Positions 49,529-58,207 of a stretch of 64,000 nucleotides of DNA are shown here, one piece after another. The translations under genes were made by a program, and so were the position numbers. Below the pieces are notes generated by a model that was given only the letters and a program-made list of their open reading frames with translations, made no database searches and had not been told where the DNA came from. Source of the stretch: Candidatus Omnitrophota bacterium (GTDB taxonomy: Bacteria; Omnitrophota; Gorgyraeia; Gygaellales; Profunditerraquicolaceae). The stretch is from contig JAQUQW010000004.1 of the NCBI GenBank assembly GCA_028716245.1, forward strand, positions 4,630 through 68,629, given 5' to 3'. Every line of letters begins with the position of its first letter. Positions within the stretch are counted from its first letter, which is position 1.

Positions 49529-51129
49529 TATTTTTTTTCTGCGGCGGCGCGGATAAACTCCCTAAACAAAGGATGCGCCGCATCGGGTTTGGATTTAAAT
49601 TCGGGGTGAAATTGCACGGCAATAAAATATGGATGATTTTTCAATTCCACAATCTCAACCAAATTCTTCTTCTGGTAAATCCCGGAAAAAACTACTCCTT
49701 TACATTCTAATCTTTTACGGAATTTGTTATTAAACTCATACCGGTGGCGGTGGCGCTCAAAAATAAGGCTTTTCTTATAAATCCTGGCAGCTAAAGTATT
49801 CTTTTTTATTTTACAGGGATAGGCGCCCAGGCGCATTGTCCCTCCCATATCCTTAATATTTTTCTGTTCAACTAAAAGGCTGATTACGGGGTTCTTGGCT
49901 TTGGGTTTAAATTCAGTGGAATTGGCATCCGCTAAACCGCAGATAGCGCGCGCAAAATCCATCACCGCGCACTGCATCCCCAAACAAATCCCTAAGAAAG
50001 GAATTTTATTTTTTCGCGCAAAGCCAACCGCCTTAATCTTGCCTTCGATCCCCCTGCACCCAAAACCTCCGGGCACTAAAATTGCATCTATTCCGGCCAA
50101 CAGCTTCTCCGCGCCATGCTTTTCAATATCTTCAGAGTCAATCTTTTTAACCTCTACTTTTACCTGATTGCTGATGCCTCCGTGGGTAATTGCTTCGTAA
50201 ATGGATTTATAAGCATCCTGCAGGCCGATATATTTACCCACCACCGCCACCTGGACTGTTTTTCGCGGAGATAACAGGCGTTCGACCACATTCTTCTCCC
50301 AATCCTTTAAATCGGATGGCTTGGAAATTAAACCAAAGTGGCTTAAGATTATTTCATCGAGGATCTGGCCCTTAAAAACCAACGGCACCTGATAAATCGA
50401 TTCCACATCGCGGGACTCAATAACCGCTTCCTTCCTCACATTGCAAAATAAAGATATTTTTTCCTTAACCTCATCGGAAAGAGTTTTTTCAGTGCGGCAG
50501 ATCAATATATCCGGCTGGATACCGATCTGGCGTAACGTTTGCACGCTGTGCTGCGTGGGCTTGGTTTTTATCTCATCGGCAACCTTAATGTAAGGAACCA
50601 GGGTAAGATGGATATAGAGGACATTTTTTTCTCCGGCATCCACCTCAAACTGCCGGGCCGCCTCCAGGAAAGGAAGGCTTTCGATATCACCAACCGTGCC
50701 GCCTATCTCAATCAATATAATATCCGCCCGGCTGACTTCCGCAACCTTCTTGATCCTATTTTTTATTTCACCGGTAATATGCGGGATAACCTGGATAGTT
50801 TTCCCTAAATAATCCCCTCTGCGCTCACGCGAAATTACCGCGTTGTAAACCTGGCCGGTAGTGGCATTATTAAACTTGGTCATCGCCGCTTTGGTAAATC
50901 TTTCGTAATGGCCTAAGTCCAGGTCGGTTTCCGCCCCGTCATCGGTAACATAGACCTCCCCGTGCTGATAAGGGTTCATTGTCCCCGGATCAACATTAAT
51001 ATAAGGATCCAGTTTCATTAAGGTGACTTTGAGGCCGCGGGATTCCAGGATTTTAGCGATCGAGGCGGAAGCGATTCCCTTGCCTAAGCTCGAGATAACG
51101 CCGCCGGTGATAAAGATATATTTACTCAT
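49528..51129 (-). CDS. pyrG: CTP synthase.
   Basis: N-terminal [11 protein letters not shown] and the C-terminal GATase GICLGMQ. Confidence 0.95.
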   Translation of the reverse strand: MSKYIFITGGVISSLGKGIASASIAKILESRGLKVTLMKLDPYINVDPGTMNPYQHGEVYVTDDGAETDLDLGHYERFTKAAMTKFNNATTGQVYNAVISRERRGDYLGKTIQVIPHITGEIKNRIKKVAEVSRADIILIEIGGTVGDIESLPFLEAARQFEVDAGEKNVLYIHLTLVPYIKVADEIKTKPTQHSVQTLRQIGIQPDILICRTEKTLSDEVKEKISLFCNVRKEAVIESRDVESIYQVPLVFKGQILDEIILSHFGLISKPSDLKDWEKNVVERLLSPRKTVQVAVVGKYIGLQDAYKSIYEAITHGGISNQVKVEVKKIDSEDIEKHGAEKLLAGIDAILVPGGFGCRGIEGKIKAVGFARKNKIPFLGICLGMQCAVMDFARAICGLADANSTEFKPKAKNPVISLLVEQKNIKDMGGTMRLGAYPCKIKKNTLAARIYKKSLIFERHRHRYEFNNKFRKRLECKGVVFSGIYQKKNLVEIVELKNHPYFIAVQFHPEFKSKPDAAHPLFREFIRAAAEKK

Positions 51130-51191
51130 ATTTTACGTGAAGAAGGCGTTTGGTGCCGGCAATCCGGCTCCTAAACGCCTTTGTTTTATTA

Positions 51192-51220
51192 ACTATAACA
51201 AAAGCGTTTAAGAATGTCAA
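51192..51220 (-). promoter_or_regulatory. Putative sigma70 promoter TTGACA -17- TATAGT for pyrG-carA-carB'.
   Basis: Minus strand TTGACAttcttaaacgcttttgtTATAGTtaat, ~60 nt upstream of the pyrG ATG. Confidence 0.45.
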
Positions 51221-51284
51221 ACTATTTTTAAAACCTAATACTGCGCGGGTCCTGCCTTTAGCGTCTGTCTTGTCTTGTTTCCTC

Positions 51285-51400
51285 GCGCACCGCTTGCCCC
51301 GCCCCGGCGAGGCGGGGCTGCGCTCGGCCAGAATTTTGCGCTCTGCCAAGCTTCGTAGATAGCCGGGCATCCGTGCCCGCGCAAAATTCTCACGTGCGCT
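51285..51400. repeat. GC-rich block of nested REP-like palindromes.
   Basis: CCCGCC-ccggcga-GGCGGG; 12-bp arms AGAATTTTGCGC ... GCGCAAAATTCT enclosing GGGCA-tccg-TGCCC; GCGCAC ... GTGCGC. It shares the CCGCGCAA(A)TTC motif with the REP-like copies at 28424, 30743 and 36724. No plausible ORF. Confidence 0.4.
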
Positions 51401-51441
51401 CGGAACCAAGCCAAGCCATCCGCTAATACTATATACATAAA

Positions 51442-51655
51442 TGACACTGACAAGTTTCGCAGCGAGTGTCGATTTTAGCCAATGGAGCTTGAGCGAGGAT
51501 ACCCCAAGGCCAACCTTTAGGTTGGCAATCTTGGGATGGCGATGCTGTTTGAGTGGTTTTTGCTAGAGCAAAAACCACGAGTTCAGCAGCCACCGAAATG
51601 CGAAAGACCATTGGCGTTAAGAAATCGACCTCGAGCGAGAAACTTGTCGGGGTCA
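51442..51655. repeat. 214-nt imperfect palindrome (candidate MITE/ERIC-like element or long-hairpin sRNA).
   Basis: ~35-nt arms TGACACTGACAAGTTTCGCAGCGAGTGTCGATTTT(AGCCAATGG) / (CCATTGGCG...)GAAATCGACCTCGAGCGAGAAACTTGTCGGGGTCA. Internal hairpins CCCAAGG[CCAACC-ttta-GGTTGG]caatCTTGGG (51503-51535) and perfect GTGGTTTTTGC-taga-GCAAAAACCAC (51553-51578). Confidence 0.5.
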
Positions 51656-51707
51656 CCTGTAACAGCGCAGGGCGAAAAATTTCAGCGACGGAAGCAAAAG
51701 ATGGAAA

Positions 51708-53039
51708 TCAAACTAAACGCAAATACTCCTTGCCTTCCTTCCAGGGATTGAGGTAACGCTCAATACTCAGACTGTTATCCTGGACCAGATCAACTACGCG
51801 TTTTTTATCTAGGGGTGAGATAATCTCGACTTTTGGCCGCCGGATGTCGGATTCATTTTCATCTTTAACTAATGCAATACTCCCATCATTTAACGCCACG
51901 ATCGAACCAACCGGCCAGAGGCCCATAAATCGAAAAAATTTATCCAGTAACTCCTGATCAAAAGAAGCGCCTCCCTCTTTATTCATTATATTATAGACCA
52001 CGTCAGGAGAATAATCCTGTTTATAGCCCCTTCTTTGGGAAAGGGCATCATAGACATCGCAGATAGAAACAATCCGGGAAGCAATATGCTGCTTTCTTAA
52101 TAAGGGCATCCGGGGGTAACCGGAGGAATCATATTTTAAATGGTGCTCAAAGCTGACGACCACAGGCAAGAGGCCCAAAGTATCTACATATTTAAGCATT
52201 ATCTCCGCCCCCATAATCGTGTGGCTGCGAATACGCCCAAACTCCTGGTCCGTAAGCTTATCGGGTTTATGCAGTATTTTACGCGAAATGAATAGCTTGC
52301 CGATATCATGGAACATGGCGGCAACGCCGATATTTAAAACATCGCTCTTGTCAAAACCCAGGCGCGAAGAAAAATACATGGAAAGAATAGAAACATTGAG
52401 CATATGGATATAGGTCTCCATATCGTATCTTTTTACCGTAGCCAGCTTAAGCAGCTCCTGGCGCTGCGTGCTTAAATTTTCCATAATATTACCCATGGAA
52501 AGTTTAAGCGCAAGATGGTCGATCTTTTCAAAATTAAGCACTCCGCTTAAAGCCTGATTAATCTTATCCGCGGAAGAATCATAAAGACTGCGTTGAGCCG
52601 GGCCAACATCAGCCTTATCTTTTTCGGACCCAACCTTAAGCTTGCCTATATTAATATGCTGGATACCGGCAAGGTTAAGCATCTCCTGAAGATCCCCTTT
52701 AAAATCTTCTTTGGGCCGGGCGATAAATTCGATGAATATGCCCAGCTCATCTTTACTTAACCCGCGCAAAAAAGCAAGCCTTTCGATATTTCTTTCTTTT
52801 AAATATAAGATCGCCGGGCGCAGAAATTTACTCAGATCAAAAAAGATCTCCTTTTCAAAAGCCAGGTCCTCTCCGACAATTCCAATGATCATCTCCTGGC
52901 GCTCTGCCAGGACATCCTCAAAAGACGCATAGGCGCTATCCAAAGACCTGGTAAACATAGGATGCTTCAGGCCGTACATCTTATAAGCCTGAAGACAGGT
53001 AAGTAAACTTTTAAAAGCCGCCTCAATATTAGAAAACAT
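51708..53039 (-). CDS. HD-GYP domain protein (predicted c-di-GMP phosphodiesterase) with a ~190-aa N-terminal domain of unknown function.
   Basis: HD motif (AAMFHDIGK), HHLKYDSSGYP (HD-GYP signature), SICDVYDAL. Confidence 0.8.
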   Translation of the reverse strand: MFSNIEAAFKSLLTCLQAYKMYGLKHPMFTRSLDSAYASFEDVLAERQEMIIGIVGEDLAFEKEIFFDLSKFLRPAILYLKERNIERLAFLRGLSKDELGIFIEFIARPKEDFKGDLQEMLNLAGIQHINIGKLKVGSEKDKADVGPAQRSLYDSSADKINQALSGVLNFEKIDHLALKLSMGNIMENLSTQRQELLKLATVKRYDMETYIHMLNVSILSMYFSSRLGFDKSDVLNIGVAAMFHDIGKLFISRKILHKPDKLTDQEFGRIRSHTIMGAEIMLKYVDTLGLLPVVVSFEHHLKYDSSGYPRMPLLRKQHIASRIVSICDVYDALSQRRGYKQDYSPDVVYNIMNKEGGASFDQELLDKFFRFMGLWPVGSIVALNDGSIALVKDENESDIRRPKVEIISPLDKKRVVDLVQDNSLSIERYLNPWKEGKEYLRLV

Positions 53040-54972
53040 CCCACTCCTTTAAAATCTGTTTGGCCTTATTCCGCATTTTTTTATTCCAAAAAAATCTCAG
53101 GCGAGCCAAATCGCGGATTCGGCCGGCTGCCTCAACGAATCTCAAATCAAAAACAAGCTGCATGTTTTCCATAAGCAAGTCGTTCTTTTTTCCAAAAAAG
53201 TTAGGAATATTAAACAGCACATCCAACCCCTTCTCTCTTGCCTGCGCATCCAATATCAAAACAGAAAACAAGTTCTTTCTAAGCAGGAAGGAATCCGCAC
53301 TTAACTGGCGCATCAAAAAATCAACATCGACTTTTTTAAATTTAGCCATGGCCGTAAGCACCTCGATCTTAATCAATTCATTAGCTGAAGAATAAATATA
53401 TTCTAAAGCCTCCAGGGCTCTAGGGTCGGCAAGCCGGCCTAAAGCATCGATTAAGCCGGCAAGAAACTCCATATCCTGGAGTTTCTGCCCCAGGCGCTGG
53501 TAAAAAGCATCCATTTGCTGCGCAAACAACCTGAAAAATAAACTCACCACCTGATTACCGGGTTTTAGAGAAGCGAATATTTTATCCAAGTAATAACCAA
53601 CATCCTGGCTGGGCGAAGAAACCATATCCAGGAGAAATTCCTGCTGCGGCAAGAGGGATTGGTTTAACGCAATATTTTCGATAAATGCGGAAAGTTTTTT
53701 TTCAAGATTAGCGCATACGCCGATACCCTGTTTTTTTCTTTCCATCAACAGGCTAAAAATACTCTTTAAAAAATCCAGGTCATTATCTTCAAGTATACCG
53801 GCAAACTCTTTCTCTAAAATTTCCCCTGCTAATTCTAGGTTATCCTCATCCCCGGCGGTTGAAAGCATATTTAAAATTATATAATGGTAATTTCCACGAA
53901 GCCTCCGCTGGTCAAAAAATAATCCTCCGGAAGGAGCAATCCCCTTAATTAAAGATTCCAGTGTGTTACGGTATACGGCGGATACCCGGTCATCATGTCC
54001 TGCGGTTAATAAATTCTGGATTCTCTTTAGCGCGTTGGGATTATCTTTTAAATACTGGGATTGCTTTACCCTGGCTAGGAACCCTTCGGCAATCTTCGGA
54101 GGATTTTTCTGCTCGGCGATTTTGGAAAAAAGCTGCAAACTTAAATCATCGAAATTATCCTCCTGGGAAATACCCTCCCAGAGAAGGGCGCTAAAATCCT
54201 CCGCGCTTAAACTATCAAAGACAGGCACCAGCTTTGCCAGTTTTTCTTCATTAAGGGATTTTTTATTGCGTAAGAGCCATAAAAAAAGATCCTTTGAGCA
54301 TTTATCGAACTTTTCCTTATTCTTTCCCCTTAGACAAACCAGGAACTCATGGATATCTGAAGGGACTTCTTCGGTTTCAAGAATATCTTTTTCGCTGCTG
54401 CGTTTGATCAGCGGGCCGAAATCATCGGCCAGTACCTCTAATTTGGCCGGGTCATTACTGTGGGTAGCCTCCTTAAGTATATATCCCCAAATGTCGGCGC
54501 ATTCCTGCCCCTGCTCCTGCAAAAAGGCAGAGTAGTCCAGCTCCCCTATTGTAAAATGAGCAAGCTGTTTATCCTTAAGAATGGCATTAATTCCGCCGCC
54601 TTTAAAAATATCTTTTTGTGACAGGGAGATTACCGAGAGAAACTGGACCAGTTCCTGAAGGCTCACACCGTTTCTAATTTCGAAGCTTTTGATTTTACGC
54701 TGATGCAACAGGCGGGCTAATTCGTCATAGAAACCGCTTTTAGCCAAATTTTTGCCGTCAACCAGGATACCGGTGCTGGTTACCCCGATTCTAAGCGGGT
54801 TTAAAACAGCCAGGGCATCTTCAAGCTTAACCTTAAAGTTTTCAACGGATTTAATAAAATAAGGGTGGTCTTTGGAATAAGAGAAAGCGTTGGTAAGGGC
54901 GACTTTGAGGCTGCGAAAAAAATCTTCTAGTATTTTTTCATTTTCCACAAGTGTTATTCTACAACCAAACAA
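53029..54972 (-). CDS. Hypothetical 647-aa protein. Its N-terminal ~130 aa are paralogous to the N-domain of the adjacent HD-GYP protein. Its C-terminal region is helical-repeat (HEAT/PBS-lyase-like). The start is uncertain (TTG at 54972 or GTG at 54948).
   Basis: Alignment by eye: ILEDFFRSLKVALTNAFSYSKDHPYF...LEDALAVL...IGV against IEAAFKSLLTCLQAYKMYGLKHPMF...FEDVLAER...IGI. There is an 11-nt overlap with the HD-GYP gene. ALGRLADPRALEALEYIY is a HEAT-like repeat. Confidence 0.4.
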   Translation of the reverse strand: MFGCRITLVENEKILEDFFRSLKVALTNAFSYSKDHPYFIKSVENFKVKLEDALAVLNPLRIGVTSTGILVDGKNLAKSGFYDELARLLHQRKIKSFEIRNGVSLQELVQFLSVISLSQKDIFKGGGINAILKDKQLAHFTIGELDYSAFLQEQGQECADIWGYILKEATHSNDPAKLEVLADDFGPLIKRSSEKDILETEEVPSDIHEFLVCLRGKNKEKFDKCSKDLFLWLLRNKKSLNEEKLAKLVPVFDSLSAEDFSALLWEGISQEDNFDDLSLQLFSKIAEQKNPPKIAEGFLARVKQSQYLKDNPNALKRIQNLLTAGHDDRVSAVYRNTLESLIKGIAPSGGLFFDQRRLRGNYHYIILNMLSTAGDEDNLELAGEILEKEFAGILEDNDLDFLKSIFSLLMERKKQGIGVCANLEKKLSAFIENIALNQSLLPQQEFLLDMVSSPSQDVGYYLDKIFASLKPGNQVVSLFFRLFAQQMDAFYQRLGQKLQDMEFLAGLIDALGRLADPRALEALEYIYSSANELIKIEVLTAMAKFKKVDVDFLMRQLSADSFLLRKNLFSVLILDAQAREKGLDVLFNIPNFFGKKNDLLMENMQLVFDLRFVEAAGRIRDLARLRFFWNKKMRNKAKQILKEWDVF

Positions 54973-56613
54973 CTACTCCTGCAACATTTTCTTAGCCTTA
55001 TCGTCTGCTGCATCGGTAATGAAAGATATACCTGTTTCTTTTTCTGTTTGGCGGTTTGCCGAGAAAATATCGCTACGCGTAATTGACTTAAGCGTGAATC
55101 TCCTGGCACCGGCCATTAACTGCTGCAGGCCAGCCGCTAATTTATCGGCCAGCGTCCAGAAGGCAACTGCGCCTAGAGGCACATTTTTCATCTCATTTTT
55201 GCCGACCTTTTTCTGAAGGTCATAATAACCGGCAAAAAGCTCTTCGGCGCTTGTTCCAAGTTCAGCTACTGATGCCGGAAGCTTATCCCAGCTTCCGCTT
55301 ACCCTGGCTTTGGCTGATGGATTCAACACGCCTTCGATATTAGATCCCAGATATGCGGGAATCATTAACGCCCGGCCCATACATACTAATTTGGTATAAG
55401 GAGCTCCTAATGCCAAAGCTTTGAATATATGATCTTCGCGGGCAAGGCCGCCGGCAAAAGCCATAGCCACCACCTTTTTGCCTTTTTTACGTAAAATTTC
55501 CGCGTATTCATAAGCTTTGGAATGCAGCAATATGGAAGGAACGCCCCAGGTTTCCATCATATTCCAAGGGCTCATCCCGGTACCGCCGCCGGAGCCATCA
55601 ATTGTCAGCAGATCAAGCTTGGCATCGGAAGCGTACTTAATCGACATCGCTAAAGCTTCCATCCCGTAAGAACCAGTCTTCAGCGATATTCTCTTATAAC
55701 CGATCTTCCGCAGGTATTTAACTGCTTCCATAAAACTCTCTTCTACCTGCTTCTCCGAAGAAAGGCTGGTATAGCCTAAACGGCTGTGGCGGGCGATAGA
55801 TTTAATCGCTCCCGCTTTAAAAGCATCCTGTACTTCAGGCACGGTAGGATCAGGATCAACAACATATCCCCGTTTTTTAAGAAACTGCGCGTATTCAAGG
55901 CTGGTAACCTGGATCTCTCCGCCGATACATTTGGCGCCCTGGCCCCACTTTAATTCAATAACCACTTTGTCGCCGTATTTACCAATTACGTATTCGGCAA
56001 CCCCGTTACGGGTATCCTCAACATTCATCTGCACGATAATGGCGCCATAGCCGTCGTAATAACGCAGGAACGTCTCGATCCTTCTGTCCAATTCAGGAGC
56101 CTTGAGGATCCTTCCATTTTTAATTTCGGCCTGTTTATCAATACCGACTACATTCTCCCCAACAACGATCGGCACGCCTACCAGGGCCGCGCCGCAAGCA
56201 AAAGACTCCCAGTATTTGGCGGCGACGAAAGTTGAGCCCAGCGCCCCGGTCATTATCGGAACTCTAAATTTGGTTTTAACTGCCTGCCCGAATTCTCCCT
56301 CAATATTCACATTAGGAAAAATACAATCATCTTCGGAATTCGTCAGCCCCTTAGGAAGGCCGTATGCCCCATAATTATAACCGTTAATCCGCAAAGAATT
56401 ATAAGCGACTCCCAAATGAGTTGTGTTTGCGCTTCCGGCGGTAGTAAAACTATAATCCCTTGGATACAGAAGCTTTCTTCCTTTTAAACTGGAAAGCCAG
56501 GTCTCGCATTTACCCATACAGTCTACGCGGCAAAGGGTGCATAACCCGCTCTCACAAGGATTTCCCCGGTTTACCGTACCTAAAGCATCGTTTGTTTTCG
56601 GCCATTGAATCAT
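54973..56613 (-). CDS. FMN-binding glutamate-synthase-family protein (GltB central-domain-like, archaeal-type) with an N-terminal Cys cluster.
   Basis: PCESGLCTLCRVDCMGKCE N-terminal Fe-S motif. LTIDGSGGGTGMSP and FAGGLAREDHIFKALALGA match the GltS FMN-domain signatures. Confidence 0.7.
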   Translation of the reverse strand: MIQWPKTNDALGTVNRGNPCESGLCTLCRVDCMGKCETWLSSLKGRKLLYPRDYSFTTAGSANTTHLGVAYNSLRINGYNYGAYGLPKGLTNSEDDCIFPNVNIEGEFGQAVKTKFRVPIMTGALGSTFVAAKYWESFACGAALVGVPIVVGENVVGIDKQAEIKNGRILKAPELDRRIETFLRYYDGYGAIIVQMNVEDTRNGVAEYVIGKYGDKVVIELKWGQGAKCIGGEIQVTSLEYAQFLKKRGYVVDPDPTVPEVQDAFKAGAIKSIARHSRLGYTSLSSEKQVEESFMEAVKYLRKIGYKRISLKTGSYGMEALAMSIKYASDAKLDLLTIDGSGGGTGMSPWNMMETWGVPSILLHSKAYEYAEILRKKGKKVVAMAFAGGLAREDHIFKALALGAPYTKLVCMGRALMIPAYLGSNIEGVLNPSAKARVSGSWDKLPASVAELGTSAEELFAGYYDLQKKVGKNEMKNVPLGAVAFWTLADKLAAGLQQLMAGARRFTLKSITRSDIFSANRQTEKETGISFITDAADDKAKKMLQE

Positions 56614-56681
56614 GAAGACTCCCCTTTCCTTAATCTCAAATCTTAATCAGATTTTGCCTAAAAATCAGGCAGTTGGGTTTT

Positions 56682-56720
56682 AAAAAAGACGCCTTTGCTA
56701 CTCTGCAAAATCAAGGCGTA
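56682..56720 (-). terminator. Rho-independent terminator downstream of nfnB: ACGCCTT-gattttgcagagtagca-AAGGCGT followed by CTTTTTT.
   Basis: Read directly on the minus strand. Confidence 0.65.
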
Positions 56721-56729
56721 ATATTTAAA

Positions 56730-56761
56730 CTATATAATAATACAGGGAATTTCTTTGTCAA
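56730..56761 (-). promoter_or_regulatory. Putative promoter TTGACA -14/17- TATTATATA for the gltB-like / 647-aa / HD-GYP operon.
   Basis: Minus strand TTGACAaagaaattccctgtattattatatag. Confidence 0.35.
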
Positions 56762-58170
56762 GAATTTTGCAGGATACTTATTGCGGCCTTCTTGGCCATA
56801 CCCATGGCCTCAATAACCGTCCCCTCTCCCCCGACAATATCTCCGCCGGCAAAAACATGCTTAATCGAGGTCTCCATGGTCGCAGGATTAATCACAATAT
56901 CTTTGTATTTATCGGTTTTTAATTCAGGGGTGGCGCTGGTTAAAACCTGGTTTGCCTCTAAACCGATAGCAATAATCGTCAGGTCGCAGGGAATACTAAA
57001 ATCACTGCCTTCTAAAGCAACGGGCTTTCTCCTTCCGGAAGCATCCGCTTCTTTAAGTTCACAATTGAGGCAATTTAATTGCCGCACAAAGCCTTTATCA
57101 TCAGCCTGAAACTCTTTGGGCTGAACCAGGAATTTAAATTTAATCCCTTCTTCTTCGGCGTGTTTAATCTCAAGCCTGCGCGCCGGCATCTCGGTTACCG
57201 TGCGCCGGTAAATAATCTTTACGTCCGGTTTTATGCCGTTTATCTTTTGCAGGCGCAGAGCGCAGCGCGCCGCGTCCATGGCGGTATTGCCCCCTCCGAC
57301 AACCAGGGCATGCCGGCCGATATTTACCGGAGTGTGGTATTCGGGGAATTTGTAGGCGGACATCAGGTTTATCCGGGTCAAAAACTCATTAGCCGAATAA
57401 ACATTGCAAAGGTTCTCTCCCTTTATACCCAAAAATAACGGCACTCCGGCGCCTAGCCCCAAGAAAATCCGGCTAAACCCCTGCTGAAATAATTCATCCA
57501 AAGAGACGGTCTTACCCACCAGAACATTGGTTTTAAATTCTACCCCTAACTTAGCTAAATAATTAATCTCATAATCAAGGATTTCCCGCGGCAGACGGAA
57601 GTTCGGAATGCCATACCTTAAAACTCCGCCGCAACTCTGCAGGCCTTCAAAAACAACTACCGCCGCCCCTTTTCTGGCTAATTCACCGGCGCAGCATAAC
57701 CCTGCCGGGCCGCTGCCAACCACGGCTACTTTGGCCTCCGATGATTGGGCATCTTTTTCTACCGGTGCCTGCAAGTTATTGCGCATTCCATAATCGCCGA
57801 CAAACCTCTCCAAAAAATGGATATTGATTGCCTCGGAGCTGCAATACGCTAATTTGCTTTTATTCAACACGCAGGCTTTGCGGCATTGGTATTCCGCCGG
57901 GCAAACCCGGCCGCAAATCGAAGGAAAATTATTCGTTTTGCGGATAGTAAAATAAGCTCCGGCATAATCTTTTTTAGCAACCTGGAAGATAAACTCTTTG
58001 ATATTGATATTTACCGGGCAGCCCGAAATGCAGGTAGGATTTTTACATTGGAGACAACGCAGGCTCTCAGCTAAAGCCTCCTTTTCTGAATATCCTAATA
58101 CTACTTCATCGAATCCGCTTATCCTTTTATCGGCAGATAACTCTTTTGCTTTAATGGGTTCTTTAGTCAT
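56758..58170 (-). CDS. nfnB: NfnB/SudA/GltD-like NAD(P)H oxidoreductase subunit (2x[4Fe-4S] plus FAD/NAD(P) pyridine-nucleotide-disulfide fold). The start is probably the ATG at 58170 (MTKEPIKAKEL); the ORF-track TTG at 58188 is less likely.
   Basis: Cys clusters CLQCKNPTCISGCP / CGRVCPAEYQCRKAC, then VAVVGSGPAGLCCAGELA and a second GGGNTAMD dinucleotide motif. Confidence 0.75.
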   Translation of the reverse strand: MTKEPIKAKELSADKRISGFDEVVLGYSEKEALAESLRCLQCKNPTCISGCPVNINIKEFIFQVAKKDYAGAYFTIRKTNNFPSICGRVCPAEYQCRKACVLNKSKLAYCSSEAINIHFLERFVGDYGMRNNLQAPVEKDAQSSEAKVAVVGSGPAGLCCAGELARKGAAVVVFEGLQSCGGVLRYGIPNFRLPREILDYEINYLAKLGVEFKTNVLVGKTVSLDELFQQGFSRIFLGLGAGVPLFLGIKGENLCNVYSANEFLTRINLMSAYKFPEYHTPVNIGRHALVVGGGNTAMDAARCALRLQKINGIKPDVKIIYRRTVTEMPARRLEIKHAEEEGIKFKFLVQPKEFQADDKGFVRQLNCLNCELKEADASGRRKPVALEGSDFSIPCDLTIIAIGLEANQVLTSATPELKTDKYKDIVINPATMETSIKHVFAGGDIVGGEGTVIEAMGMAKKAAISILQNS

Positions 58171-58207
58171 ATTGGAAACAGTTTCCAACTCAATCGGGAA
58201 ACAGGGC

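Noticed and set aside
51240-51700. Possible RNase P RNA, tmRNA or SRP RNA in the GC-rich gap.
   Set aside because: I looked on both strands for P4 strands (GGAAAGUCCGG / ACAGAACCCGGCUUA), the tmRNA 5' GGGG...UUCGACG and 3' T-arm/ACCA, a tag ORF ending in ALAA, and the SRP GGAAG...AGCAGC domain-IV motif. Only weak partial resemblances appeared (for example CCCGGCUAUCU). There was no coherent set of motifs. I left it as an unassigned structured region.
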